A DNA stretch of 63,996 bases, counting the filler, from Streblomastix strix (taxonomy: Eukaryota), in NCBI GenBank assembly GCA_008636045.1. It is 4 parts of 4 records of this genome, joined end to end, with 100 filler letters (N's around TTAATTAATTAA, not from the genome) between each part and the next. Parts side by side here need not be neighbours in the genome. Positions count along the whole stretch, not along the records: positions 1 to 16,107 come from SNRW01000874.1; positions 16,208 to 32,307 come from SNRW01000875.1; 2 more parts are not named here. One strand, written 5' to 3'. Of this stretch, positions 11,577 through 24,214 are shown piece after piece (the first letter of the stretch is position 1; every line of letters begins with the position of its first letter). The position numbers and the translations under genes are program-made. A model generated the notes under the pieces. That model was given only the letters and a program-made list of their open reading frames with translations. It was not told the DNA's origin and ran no database searches.

Positions 11577-13656
11577 ATGATGAACAAGTTTCATCTTTCT
11601 TATTTGATCTTCAGCATAGTCCAGGTCATTTTCAGTATTCATTCCATAATAATTTCATTTACGTTGAAAACAGATTAACTACTATAATACATCAGGTTCA
11701 CCAATGGATTTTTGATTGCTATTGTTGGAATTGAAGGAATATTATGCTCAAATGGTAAATGTTGGAATTTATACCGTATTATTTTAGCTGCTAGTTCCAT
11801 TTTTGTTGGTCCCACATTCTTTGTTTCCATTCTTTTGCTGAATCCCTGTGGTGTAGTATTCTCTTGGTTCAATGATTGCGAAAATGGAATAAACTCATAA
11901 GATTATAAATTTGAATTTTCAAATAGAGTGAATATACAATCAATAAATGATCTTTTTCAATCAGAAAATTTGAGTGATAATAAAAATTCAGATCGAATCA
12001 ATAAATAAAAAGTGTCAAATGAAGTATAGTATGGAACAACTTTGTTTAGTGGTATTGATATATTCGTTTAGTCAGTAATATCTGGATTAAAGATTATTAG
12101 TCATTTAGCAATGGATTATGATTCTGATAGTAGATCATTAATTTTTGTTTGATTAATTTTAATTTTTTACTTATTTTAATTTTTATATTTTATTTATTAT
12201 TATTTTATTATTCTTTATTATTTTATTACTTTATTTATTATATTATTAGTCAATTTGATTTTCATTAGTATCAACATTTGTATTTGGCGGTACACTTTTA
12301 ATTGTCTTTGATTGCATATGGGGGAATGGAATACTAATTTATCCAGTTTCATTTACACTCTTTTCATCTACATCACTAATTATGGCTATTTTCTGCATTA
12401 ATAAAAGAAATTTTTATTATGGTTTCTTTGTATTCATTAGTATTGCATCATATATTACTGGATTTGCATTAACAATTGCTTTTGGAGCCAAAGGATAGAA
12501 CCCTGATATTATATCATTAACAATTGGGGTTGGAATTCTATATATGATAATAATTTTTCCAATTGCTGGTCTTTTTATGCTATTGATCAAATATTTTGAA
12601 CATTTAAAGAATTGGAAAAGTGATGATCATGATAATATAGATTTTAGTAGCTGCAAGAACTATACTGAATGCTTATGTTGCTACATTTGTTATTGATGCT
12701 ATTCATGCTGCCCTATTTGCTTGGATTGTTGTTCTAAATGCTGCTCAAATTGTTCTGATGGTTGTTCAAGTTGTTGCTCAAGCTTCTATTAAAGTTGTTT
12801 TGATGGCTGTTCATGCTGCTGTTCAAGAGGATGTTCTAAATGCTGCTCAAATTGTTCAAGAGGTTGTTCAAGTTGCAGTTCAAATTGCTCAAGAGGTTGG
12901 TCAGAAAGTTGCTCTGATAATACAAATTTTGAATAAAAGAGAAAAAAGATTGAAGAGAAATAAAGAAAAATTGAAGAGAAGTTAAGAAAGAAAAAAGAAA
13001 AGGAAGAAGAGAAATAAAGAAAGAAATATGAAAAGGAATAATAAACAAATAGAAATGATTTGGAGAATAAAAGAAAGAAAGAAGAAAAATAATAGATAAA
13101 AGAGTAGGAATAAAAATAAAGAGAAAATGAAATATAATAAAGAAGGATTAAATAAGAAGAAGTAAGAAGATAAAATTAAGCTGAGAAGAAAAGAAAGATT
13201 GAAGAATAATAGAGAATTAAACATGAATAGGAAGAAAGAATGAAATTAGAATAAGAATAAAAGAAAACATAAGAATTTGAAAATAAAAGAATAATGGATG
13301 AAAATAAAAGAAGAGAAATTGAAGAATAAAACAATTTAAATTTCAATAAACAGGAATTTACAACTACAGATAATATTGTTATTGATATCAATAAATTTTA
13401 ATAACAAAGAGATGATCCATATTTAGTTCCTCCTCCTCATCCCTTATAACAAACACAATCAGAATTACTACTATAACAATAACAGCAATATTTATAATAC
13501 CAATAGTATTAATAATAAAACATGCTATATGCACTGCCAAATCAATAATAACCATAATCAAGCAGAGCACAGTCCAATCAGGTGCAACCAGCACCGATTC
13601 GACGTCATTCCAAGAGCTCTAAAGCAGATTAAAAGAATAGAAGAAAATAAAAATGA
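11577..13656 (+). CDS. Multi-pass membrane protein with Cys-rich tract, charged coiled coil and Q/P-rich tail; 1-2 in-frame TGA codons (possible pseudogene)
   Basis: Several hydrophobic segments; intron ~12147-12249; CLCCYICY*CYSCCPICLDCCSKCCSNC...; the frame stays open from 12697 to TGA 13654-13656. Confidence 0.7.
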
Positions 13657-13799
13657 AAATGGAAAATGAAGAGTTTTATAATCAGCTTTATCATCAATAT
13701 ATTTCACTATACAGAGTTTTTAAATTTCGTATTAGTTTCATATTTTATTAATTTTTCAAATTCAAAATACTTGAATATAATGAGTTAGATTAAATAATA

Positions 13800-14095
13800 A
13801 TGCAAATCTTTTAATCCAAGATTATCTTATCCAATTTTATCCATATTTTATGAAAATAATCACTTATATGCAAATAATTATAATAATCGACTTCCATCAT
13901 TCCCATCTTAACCAACTCTTTCTAAAACCTGATATGAACAAATAGAAGAAGAAGGATGAAATGAAAAAATTGAATCATAATTAATAAATAAATGGAATAT
14001 TAATAATATTAAAGATTCAACAAATGAAATAAAAATAAAGATTCTGAACTATTTTTTACTTATACAAGCAATTTAAGATTATATCGGTATTGATG
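13800..14095 (+). pseudogene. Degraded fragment resembling the C-terminus of a helical-repeat hypothetical protein
   Basis: ..LPSFPSQPTLSKT*YEQIEEEG*NEKIESQLINKW..ILNYF with two TGA codons and no start; family resemblance is from recall only. Confidence 0.35.
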
Positions 14096-14393
14096 AATTT
14101 ATCCATTTAATTTTAGAATAGGATAAATACTTGAAAATTATTTTTAACTTAGTTATATATTAGACTATAATTAATTTAATTTATTAACAATAAAAGGAAA
14201 TATGAATAGTGAATTGAGTATCATATATTGTTTTTCATATATGCGTATTATTTCAGTTTGCTTTCCACATTAAGAAGTTTGTTAATAAATTGTCCTTTCA
14301 GATCATGCATCACCTCCTCCAGAGAAGGTGAGCTCCCCCTTTGTTTATTGGACTCTAGGCGCCTATGGGCCCAGTTCGTAGCAAACATTCACG

Positions 14394-15352
14394 ATGAGCA
14401 TAAGTAATCAGTCATAGTCCAGCTCCTCCGGTACAGGTGACAAGACCACGCCATACTTAGACAGAGTTCGTTGGAACGTCTTGCGTCTGTCAGAAAACAA
14501 AATTCGGGAAATTCTTGCGAATCATAAGTTTCAGGACATAGGACTCGTGCCGGAGGACCCAGACTATGAAGTAAAGGTATAGCTTATTTCTACAGTTTTA
14601 ATTAACGAAGACAAGGAAAAGCAAGCGAAGGGAGCCAAACGGCAAGCGTCTGAAGGTTTCATACTTCTAAGTCAAATTGAGCACGATATTAGGATGGCTT
14701 GGGCTGAGGACAGGCATAAAACCAAGGAAAAAGATGACACAGTGGACTAGAAAGAGTCTAGACAATAGGGACTGCTGTCTGAGCTCAATGAAATCGACAA
14801 ATCGATAAAGCGCAAAAGATCTCCAGAAAGCGAACAATCTTCACGTTCGTCAAGGGAATGTAAACAAAAACATCATGTATCTTCAAGACAAGGTCATCAC
14901 TACAACAGGAAACGGTTTAGAAGGTCTAGGTCGTACTCAAGGAGCAGATTGAATTCCAGGAACAGGTCGAGGTCCAAGTCTAGGTCTAGGTCCAGGTCTA
15001 AGTCTAATTCTCCAGTATACGAATCATTGAGCGAGTCTGACAAGAGGCAGCTTTGGGAGCTCTAAAGTCAGTCAATAGAAGAGAATCACCGATCAAGCAC
15101 ATTACAGACACATACCTGATGATACTAAGTGCAGGACATAGGTTCAGGGTGATCAGAGAGTCCGCCAACTTGTACGGCAGGAAAAGAAGTCACGTTCTGA
15201 GTGGTGGAAACCAGGCCATTTCTCGACAAACGCAAGAATCGCTCGAAAGAGAAGCGAAGCTGTATAGCTAAAATAGAAGCAATAGAAACTATGACTATAA
15301 GTCAAATGATAAGAGAGGTCCAAGACATGACTATAGAAGTCACAATAAATGA
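14394..15352 (+). pseudogene. gag-like ORF with RS-repeat region; frame break near 15090-15119
   Basis: MSISNQSQSSSSGTGDKTTPYLDRVRW...RRSRSYSRSRLNSRNRSRSKSRSRSRSKSNSP; TGA at 15117-15119, with a plausible C-terminus continuing in another frame to TGA 15350-15352. Confidence 0.65.
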
Positions 15353-16107
15353 CCCATCGCAGAAGTCGATGGTGAGTATTAAACACCTCTCATTTAATAA
15401 TAGGAACCCCAAGAAGACTCAAGTGAGCAGTTGGGGTGATGTATATCAATAAACTCACCCAGGACTAAACTAAAGACTGGGATTAATTTAATTAATAATA
15501 CAGTGCTGCAATTAGCGGCGAATAAGGCTTAAGCAGAGCCTCAGATAATTACTAACTAAGTAGTAGGAGCTAGATTAGTTAGATACCTCTCGGAATGGAC
15601 AAAGATGGGAGCCTAGAGAGCCATCTTATAAGGTATGTCAGCTGAGTGGAGAAATAAATATAGTAAATATATATTAAATAATTAAATGAAAATTAAAGAT
15701 TTTAAAGGAACATTTTTGGAGAGAGAGAAATTGAGAAATATAATATTTTAGGAACTCAAGGACGGAGTAATTCGTGTGGCTAAATCAGGAGAGGTGAGAT
15801 TCCTGAGCCCAGTTCACGTAGTCCCCAAGAAGGGAGGAAAATGGAGAAAGATATTAGACTGTAGGGAACTGAACAGATAACTCCGAATAGAATCGTTTAA
15901 AATGGATGGAATTCAATAGATTAAGTAGTTGATTACCGAGAAGGATTTCGCTACAAGCCTCGATCTACATCAAGCATTCAATCATATTATAGTGAGCACA
16001 GAGTTTCAACCTTATCTGGGGTTCAGATTCGAGAAGATAGATTACATATATTAGGGGATGCCCTTCGGAGCAGCAACAACACCTCTGATATTCACGAAAA
16101 CGCTCAA
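15201..16107 (+). CDS. DIRS reverse transcriptase, N-terminal part (start uncertain, 3' truncated)
   Basis: RLVRYLSEWTKMG, SPVHVVPKKGGKWRKILDCRELN, FKMDG, SLDLHQAFNHI, QPYLGFRF, YQGMPFG..PLIFTKTL. Confidence 0.92.
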
Positions 16108-16207
16108 NNNNNNNNNNNNNNNNNNNNNNNNNNNNNNNNNNNNNNNNNNNNTTAATTAATTAANNNNNNNNNNNNNNNNNNNNNNNNNNNNNNNNNNNNN
16201 NNNNNNN
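16108..16207. other. Artificial contig linker (N-TTAATTAATTAA-N)
   Basis: 100-nt N run with a six-frame-stop spacer. Confidence 0.98.
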
Positions 16208-16242
16208 TATTTTCAATTTTTAAATTTGTTTTCTTTATTTAG

Positions 16243-17866
16243 GCTAACGAAATTATTGAAAAACGAGGAAAAGAAGTTCCAATTTCAAGACAGTAGCCAG
16301 TTACAAGATCATTTCCGTTTGATCTATAACGGCGTTCATCTCGTATGAAGAAAATTGAAGCAAGAATGAAAGAGCTACCACGATTAATGGCTGAGAACAA
16401 GCAATCATTATCTCCAAATTTCAAAAAAGTTCAAGTTTTGCACGATACGTATCATTATCCACCAGGTATGTTTGGGAATTTCGATGAAACACCCATTCGC
16501 CTTTCGAACGAACTATCGCCTACTCAGTTTTACACGGACGCATTTCCACCTTCTCCAATAATTGCACCTCCAAGAACAGCAAATGCAAGTCTAGTCCCAT
16601 TTGTATGCGCAGACGGCTAACATTTAACTACATTTTTACTTTGGCCAGCAGATAAGGTTCCACCGGAGCTAGATCCATTGATTGCAAGAGACTTTTAAGT
16701 ATTAATAATTAATAAACCAATTCATTTTTTTTCAAATTTTATCAAATTCTTTTATTTATTAGATTATTGCTAACAAATCAGGATACATGAATAAAGAAAC
16801 TCTTACTTAATAATGTATGCCAGTTTGGATCAAGGAGATTGACGAGAAAAGAAAGTGTATCAGACCTCCTGTCTATGCGGATCAACATTTTCTAATGTTG
16901 TTCGATTCGCATTCCTCTCGAGGTGATTTGGATATGATTAGAGAATTGAGACTCAACAACATTGACGCAGTTTCAATTGTACCAAATTCTTCAGGTGTAT
17001 CCTAACCACTTGATTTATGCCCTAATGGAAGACTAAAATCCGTTCTAAACAAAGACTAAGGCTGGGTAGCTGAATCAGGAGCTGAAGGATATAGAATTGA
17101 ACTCTGTAAACGACTTGAAGAAGGTACTGCAGCTCTACTGTTTCCCCCGACTATTCGATAAGGCTTCGAACTGTCTGGATATCTAGATGGATAGGCAGAA
17201 AATTGTTTGAAACGGGTTCCTGATAAACCATAAGTTCCAAATTAAGTTGCCTAATCATATCATCCCAAACCGCGAGGTTTCGCATTAGGGGCAAAAGTGC
17301 TGACTGATCAGCATAACATAGATCGTTGGTAGGATTTTATTGATTCAAAAGATGCCAAACAAGAAGAAATCGAAGAAAAAAGAAAAGAAAGATTGAAGAA
17401 GAAGAAAGCAAAACAGTAAGAAAAAGAAGATCTATCCTTAGAGAAGTAAGTTAAGATGATTGACAGAAAGATGAATAAGTTGAGAAACAGAAATTCAAGA
17501 AAGAGGAGAAGAATTATGAATGAGACTGATATAAGTGATGGAGAAGAGTACTATTAAGATGGCTGTGAGCTTAATATTGATGATGAAGGAGAAGAAGATC
17601 AAACAGAAGATTTTACAGAAACAGAAGATGCTGATCCTGAATCTCTAAATAATGATGAAACTAATGTAGAAGATGAAAGTAGTGAAGAAGAAAATTTGTT
17701 GAACAATGTCCCTAAGAAGAGGAAAAGAAATTCACCAATTATCATAGATGATGATGACTTATCCCCAAAGAAATGCACAGTAAACAAGAAACGAACCTCT
17801 AAAGCATCCAAAGAAGCAATGCAATCTTTGGAGACAGAGTCACGCTGGCGTCAATATAAGAAATGA
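16243..17866 (+). CDS. pogo/Tigger-superfamily (DDE_1) transposase, DD35D, intron-containing, 5' truncated
   Basis: FGNFDETP; SLVPFVCADG; ANKSGYMN; LMLFDSHSSR; VPNSSGVSQPLDLCPNGRLK. Intron 16699-16762; an acceptor before 16243 implies another intron upstream. Acidic/basic tail, TGA 17864-17866. Confidence 0.9.
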
Positions 17867-17931
17867 CCCCAATTCACTTCTTATTTATTCAAATAAAAAA
17901 TGTTTATCTTAAAGTTACTTTCCCACATCTA

Positions 17932-20900
17932 TTTTTCTCTGCTTTTACACTTAATCTTTCATATTCTTTATCCATCTTCTAAATCTCTCTAATTCCTCTT
18001 TGATGAACTCATCCTCTTCCATCAACAATAACATTACTAATCTTTGCGTCTCTCTGGTATTTTTATATTCAGATTAAGTAGTTTAGGTCCTCCGTATTAT
18101 CTTCCAACTCTGACTAAGGTTATGTTCTCAATCAGAGCATTCTACAGTTGTCCTTTGATATCAATCAGAGGTTCATTGCTGGTTGCGATCCAATCACCGA
18201 ATCTGATGCGAGAGAGAACAAACGAGTATCCAGGTTCAATTTTCAGGAATGGATTGATTAGGATTTGTGATGAACTTATTCTTTTCAGATTTATCTATTA
18301 GAAGTCTAAATAAATCTTCTGTTTATTGTTTTCAATTTTTGTAAGATCCTTTCAATCTTAAACTGAAGGTAATTCATCTTATCCAGATTCAATAAGCCTT
18401 CGATTTGCTACAAAGAATCCAATATCATCAAGTACAACTATTGCATCAGGAGAATCTACTTTTATAATATTCAATCCTCCTGTTTGTTGTATGAAAGTGA
18501 TTGCACGCAGTTATAAGTTACCTGTTGATACAACTCTAATTTATGCATCAGAGTTTGTTTGCATTACGTATCTTTCACCAATATATGAAATATCCTTTGT
18601 TGCAACAAATGTCTCAGCAATTTCAGGTCCAAGTGAAACAACTTCATCTAATTTTCCCTTCAGGCTAATATCTAATAAAGTGCTATCATATTGGTTAATA
18701 CAATTTTCTCCTGAAATCTGAATAAGCGGACGTTTGGTTGTTGGAACTGTGCAATGGTCGAAGACATCTGCTATTTGAATTGGGGCACCAGAAATCTATG
18801 CAACTTTGGTTGTTGCTGCGTCATTGGTACTAATGAAAGTAACTTTGCTAAAGACAAAGCGAAGTGGTTTGCTTTCTACTTTGATATCTGCATATCTGAT
18901 GTTCCTAACTGCATCAAATGTCGAGTCTGCAATCTCAAAGGTACTATTGGAGTCGAGAACAATATCAATCAGAGAAGAAGTTGAATTAAGAACTGAAGTT
19001 AAAGTGCTTCCATCAGTGATTCTGAACAATTTGATGGCTTATGTTGATTCAAACAGTTTAGATTTGATAGAACTTATTCTTATATTTGTTTTCTCTGCTT
19101 CAAAAGTACCAGCACCTCCGATAAAGAATATTGTGAATGGAGAGGCAGTAGAAGTAATATCAATATCAATTACTTTTATTTATAATTCTCGACTAGTAAT
19201 AATAAATGCGTTATTAGAAAAGAGAGTCGAAGAGGTTAAATTTGATTTGTTAGATATGAAATTTGGACTGTAGCATTCTTTAGCATCGTTGAATACTACA
19301 TTGTCATCAAGGATACATAATTGTTGATTGAAGTTATATTATTGTTAATAGAGGACTATAGTAAGATTTCCATTCCTATTTCTTGCATTCACTGCAAATT
19401 CAACTGTTTGAAGTGCGTACTCAAATGTGCCTATTAGTTCATCTTTATCAGGATGGATAAATATGTTTTCTCTTTGATTTTGTATACGAATCTGTAAATT
19501 AATTAATTAATTATTAAATATATAAAAATAATAAATAATTAAATAAATTTGTAAATTTAATTCAGAATAATAAATAATAATAATAATAATAATAATCAAA
19601 CTTTATTCTTATATTTATATTATTCAGGACATGCTTCAACAAATTCCCTCCTATTTCGGTTGAAGTAATAAATTTACATGAGATGTCTATACCATTTGCA
19701 TTATCTTCACCTTCTTCTCTGACTGTATTATTGTAGAAGAAGTTATTCTGTATTGCGCATGTTGGGATTAGTATGGGAGTAGCTTCGTGTTTTGGATTTG
19801 CGAATATTACACCAGTGCGAGTTCCGTTGTTGTTCACAAAAGTGTTGTAATTGTTTAGAGTTCCATTTGATGATCCAGATACGATACTAATAGCTCCACC
19901 AAGTGATAATCCACGTCTGTTGTTATCAAATTCATTTGAAACAATTCCAACGTTGAATCGATCCTATGTAATTAAGAATGCTTGTGAGTTTTAAGTGTTT
20001 ATGAATCTATTTAGTAATAGTTGTGTTGTTTCAATCTCTTCTTTAATTATTATAGCTGCATTCTACTATCCAATTTCTAATGAGAAAGATGCGCCACTAA
20101 TTACAGTTGACTTGATTATTTTTCTAACTGCATTCATCTATTTCCGTGGAAGAGTAGAAAGTCTGATGAATGATCCAATTTGTTCGCTGATTCCAATGAA
20201 TTGGCTGTTTTCAATGTAAAATTTACCTGCAGATTTTGTAACTACTAGTATTATTTATTTAAATAATCGTTTCAAAGATGAAATAAATTTCTGCAATATT
20301 TATTAGATTTGAATCAATTTTATTATTTATAGAACATTATTTACGATTTTGTTAAGTAAATTAATAACCTTCGGGGAAGCATATGAAATACTCCATAATG
20401 TTAAGATGTTCAAGTTATTTCCTCCGTTCTTTTGTATCATTGGAGAGTACGTATTGGCAGCTGTGAAAGTACCTGCAATTATATTCACTGACGTATTCAT
20501 TGTGTGGATCATATGTTTAGTAGAAGTACTTGATCCTGCGAATAGTCCATCAAATACATCGAGGCTCTCATTAATCACTCGAAGTTGCTCTAAATTGGGG
20601 AATTGTGGAACTGCTCCGTTTCCAATTGTTGTAATAGCGTTGTATATTGTGAAAACAGTTCCTACTGATTCAGTTTCTTCAGGAAGTTTATATGTACCAG
20701 ATACAATTGATAATCCAACTTACGCGACATGTTTAACATCAATCAACGTAACACCAACTAAATGTGGATTTACTAAGTCATGAACGATTAAAACATTATT
20801 AATCTCTCGTATAGTGACTAATATATAAGAATCTATACCAACATAGTTTTCATAGAATAGATACACATGATCATCTATTCCAGCATCAGTATCACAATAT

Positions 20901-23900
20901 TCATCAAATAGTCTATAACCATCAAAAGTCAGTGTTTGAGATATTGATGAATCTTCAACTGTAACATTAGAATCATGCACATAGACAAATGCGAAATCCG
21001 GAGCGGTTCATGTAAATTCTCATTTGAGAATTAACCACCAAAGATATAAATATCTCCCCATTGACATCCTGAAGCTTTTCTCCTGTTACTGTTATTGTAT
21101 CTACATCTATGAATGTTGGATAATCAGTATCTGTGGTCTCACCAATTGTTACAATAGTCAGATATGTGTATTAAAACATCTGTTTCAGCAGTTGTTGGGA
21201 ATCGACTGAAAGTCTCAGATTGTATAGCCAGGAACTTCCTTGATAGGTTAATCAAAAATAATTCATTGAATTCTAATCCATATGATCCATAGCGACCTAT
21301 TATTGAAGATGTGTTTCTAATATAGAGCAAATCTAATTCTTATCCTGCAGCTGAATAACTGAATTGTACTCTTATGATACTTAGACTGATACATTTGAAA
21401 ATATATTGAGCCCTTTATTAGCTAGGAAAGTAAGTGTATGATCATGAGTCTAATTTTCAATTACAACTTTAAAATCAACAAGTGATAATGCAGGTAGAGA
21501 AGAATGAGTTCCAGTGAATGCACCGCTGTAAATATTCAATTCATTTACCAATGGTTATTCTAAAATTTAATATGGTTATCGAAAACTCGGAGCTTATCCT
21601 CCTTCTACAATTGAAATTGATGTTTCATAAGCTGAAAATAATGGAAGTGTAGTTTAATATGAATTAAAGGATTCTCTTATTTAACTGAATTGAGCAACCC
21701 CATCTTCTTTTCTTTACAGCTTTAGTCAAAAGTAGTTTCCTCTTATTATACTGATACTTGATCTTGTAATAGATAATAATTTTTGACGTTAAAATGAGAC
21801 TGGCAGTGATGATGTAAGATTTCCGATTGTTGTAACTGTATTGGATGTTGTAACATCTATTCCAGTAATTGGATAAGAAGCAGATATGAAATCAAATGCT
21901 CCATTTAAAGTATCGAATACATTACCACTAGTAAAAGTAGGTGTTTACCCATTTCCTACAGTAACTGCAGAGTTTGTAGCTGAAATTACATAAGAAGCTA
22001 TAGCAGATGTTTAAGAAGAAAAAGCTCCTCTGTAAATATTCAAAACGCTATCATTGATTCCAATAGCTCTTGAACAGCTAAAAGTTGGCGCAGTTGCTCC
22101 AATACCAATATTTATAGTAGCCGAATATGTTGCTTTTATTGAAGGATTCACTCCATTTACTCCTGAAAAGGCGGCACATGTGATGTTAATAACATTCCCT
22201 GACTATCAAATATAATAAAGACCATTGAAAGTTGGATATACATCATTTTTTCCTAAAGATATATATGTATTTGTAGCTTGGAATGCGTACTATATTTGTG
22301 ATGAGCTGTTTATTGAAGCCCTATAAATGCTTAATGTGCCTCCAACGATATCAAGGATTGTTGTTCCTATTAAAGTTAAAGCAGTTCCAGTTGCAGTCTA
22401 TTAACCAATTACCACAGTTGAGTTATTAAACGCTCTTATTAATGAACTAGTTCTTTCAACAGCTTTAATTAAATACCCTGATGTTACAGTTATCGTTCCT
22501 CCATCAACTTCAAACAGTTCAATTCCATTAATCTGAGGTGTGACTGGTGCTGCATATGTTATCTAAGAATTAGGCGTCTTGATTATTGTTCCAAGTGTTG
22601 AAGTAGCTCCATTGAATACGCCCCTATATATAGTAAGTGTAGCACTTGTAACTTCAATGATTGTTGCAGCAGTTAGTGTCAAAGTGGGTACCCCAGTTGC
22701 TGTTCCAATTATAACTTGTGAATTTGTTGTGGCTTTTATAACGCTGTTTGTTTCTGTTCCTCCAGTGATCTGTGCACTGATTATTTCAACACTTCTTCCT
22801 TATATATCAAACTGATCAAGAGTGAACGATGGTACATTTCCAGTGATTGTTGCTCCAATAGTAACACGTGTACCATTTGTCTTGAGATATGTCCCCAATG
22901 CTGTTGTATCAATAAAAGTTCCTTTGTTGCTTGTAAGCGATAAAACGAGTATATCAATGATTCTTTGAGCTGAGAAAGTTGGTATTCCATTTCCTGTATC
23001 AATTGTGATGGGAGTTGTTATAGCTTGTATCAAAGGTAATGTTGTTGAAGAACTACTGATTCCACCTCTGTTAAAGTTCAATTGACTGGCAGCTGTGTTT
23101 ATGATCTGATTGGCAGCGAAAGTCAATACAGCTGTTGATGTTGTCTGACCAATATTAAGGATTGCATTGTTGGAAGATGCAATCAAAGGTTTCTCTCCAA
23201 TACCAGAAAATGTACCGCTGTTGATATTCACAGTTGAGTTGTTGACTACAATCTGATTAATGTTTGTGAAACTTGGTACTCCATCTAAAACAGTAAATGT
23301 AGATTGTCTTATCAGAAGATTTCCTTCATTATCTGAACCGATTCCAGTGAAACTTCCCTTCAAAATATTTGAAGTACCAAAATGCGCATTTAATATTCGC
23401 TATGCAGAAAATGACGGCGCTTGTGAACTTGCATCTCCAATAGTAATATCAGATGCTTCTAAGTTCAACAGATAAGTACTGGTGCTTGCACTGATGAAAT
23501 TTCCTGAATTAATTTTCAGTCTACAATAGTTGAGAGTTGTACTATTGATGCTATCAAAAACAGGCACTGTTGAAGCAGATCCAATTGTGACACTAGCATT
23601 CTGTGTGAAACTGAAAACTAATGTTGCAGACGAAGTATTACTAGAGAAAGTGCCACTTATGATCTGCAATGAACGTGCTGACTGCAGGAAAGTTCCCAAA
23701 TTGACGAATCTTGGAGCATATCTACCTTATCCAATTATGACATCATTACCAGCGATACTGAATAGAGCTGTGCTTATTGAACTCTCTGTGTAAGTGCCTC
23801 TCTTGATCTGAATAGGGCTCCTTGTACCCGTGACTTGCAACGCTAAGTTTGCAGTAACTGTTGGTTACTAATCTATGAGATCACCACCAAATACGAAATC

Positions 23901-24177
23901 TGAATTTGCTGAATTGATCGTTGGTGTTGTTGTTTAAGTGGATGTTTGTTAGAAGTCATCTTTATACACAGTGAAAATATTGTTTGACAGGCTGAAAATC
24001 TTGTTCGCTATGAGAACTGGAGTACCTTGGAATTCGCTTATAACGATGTTAGTATTTGGGGCTCAAAATAGGTATCCAGAATTGGTTGACTTAGAAACAG
24101 TGTCAGATCTTCTAATAATGTTCATCTGAAGCGTTGCGCATGGCTGCAAGAGAGATTAGTACAAATAATATTTTCAT
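17932..24177 (-). pseudogene. Large secreted/surface beta-solenoid (pectin-lyase-like) repeat protein, disrupted
   Basis: Signal peptide MKILFVLISLAA out of frame with the body; ~50-aa repeats (xTIG..PTF..IIDV..LNIYRGxF); TGA at 24063-24065 and 18022-18024; frameshift near 21005; GGAISI and N-F-NN beta-helix motifs near 19700-20200. Confidence 0.75.
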
Positions 24178-24183
24178 ACTGCA

Positions 24184-24214
<31 letters not shown>

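Larger units (their letters stand above)
14394..16107 (+). mobile_element. Second, distinct DIRS-type retrotransposon; 5' part only, cut by the contig end
   Basis: gag-like ORF followed by an overlapping DIRS-type RT; clear GC shift from ~14300. Confidence 0.88.

Noticed and set aside
12758..13594. Hydrophobic or V/Q-rich ORFs in the track (12758-12985, 12836-13594)
   Set aside because: Alternative-frame and antisense readings of the Cys-rich and K/E/Q-rich exon.
18044..23793. Many + strand ORFs in the supplied track (for example 18806-19273, 20349-20783)
   Set aside because: Antisense shadows of the - strand beta-solenoid gene.
12256..24065. Genome-wide TGA=Trp (all three stops reassigned)
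   Set aside because: In-frame TGAs occur only in genes with other lesions or next to transposons; intact genes use TGG for Trp and end at TGA.
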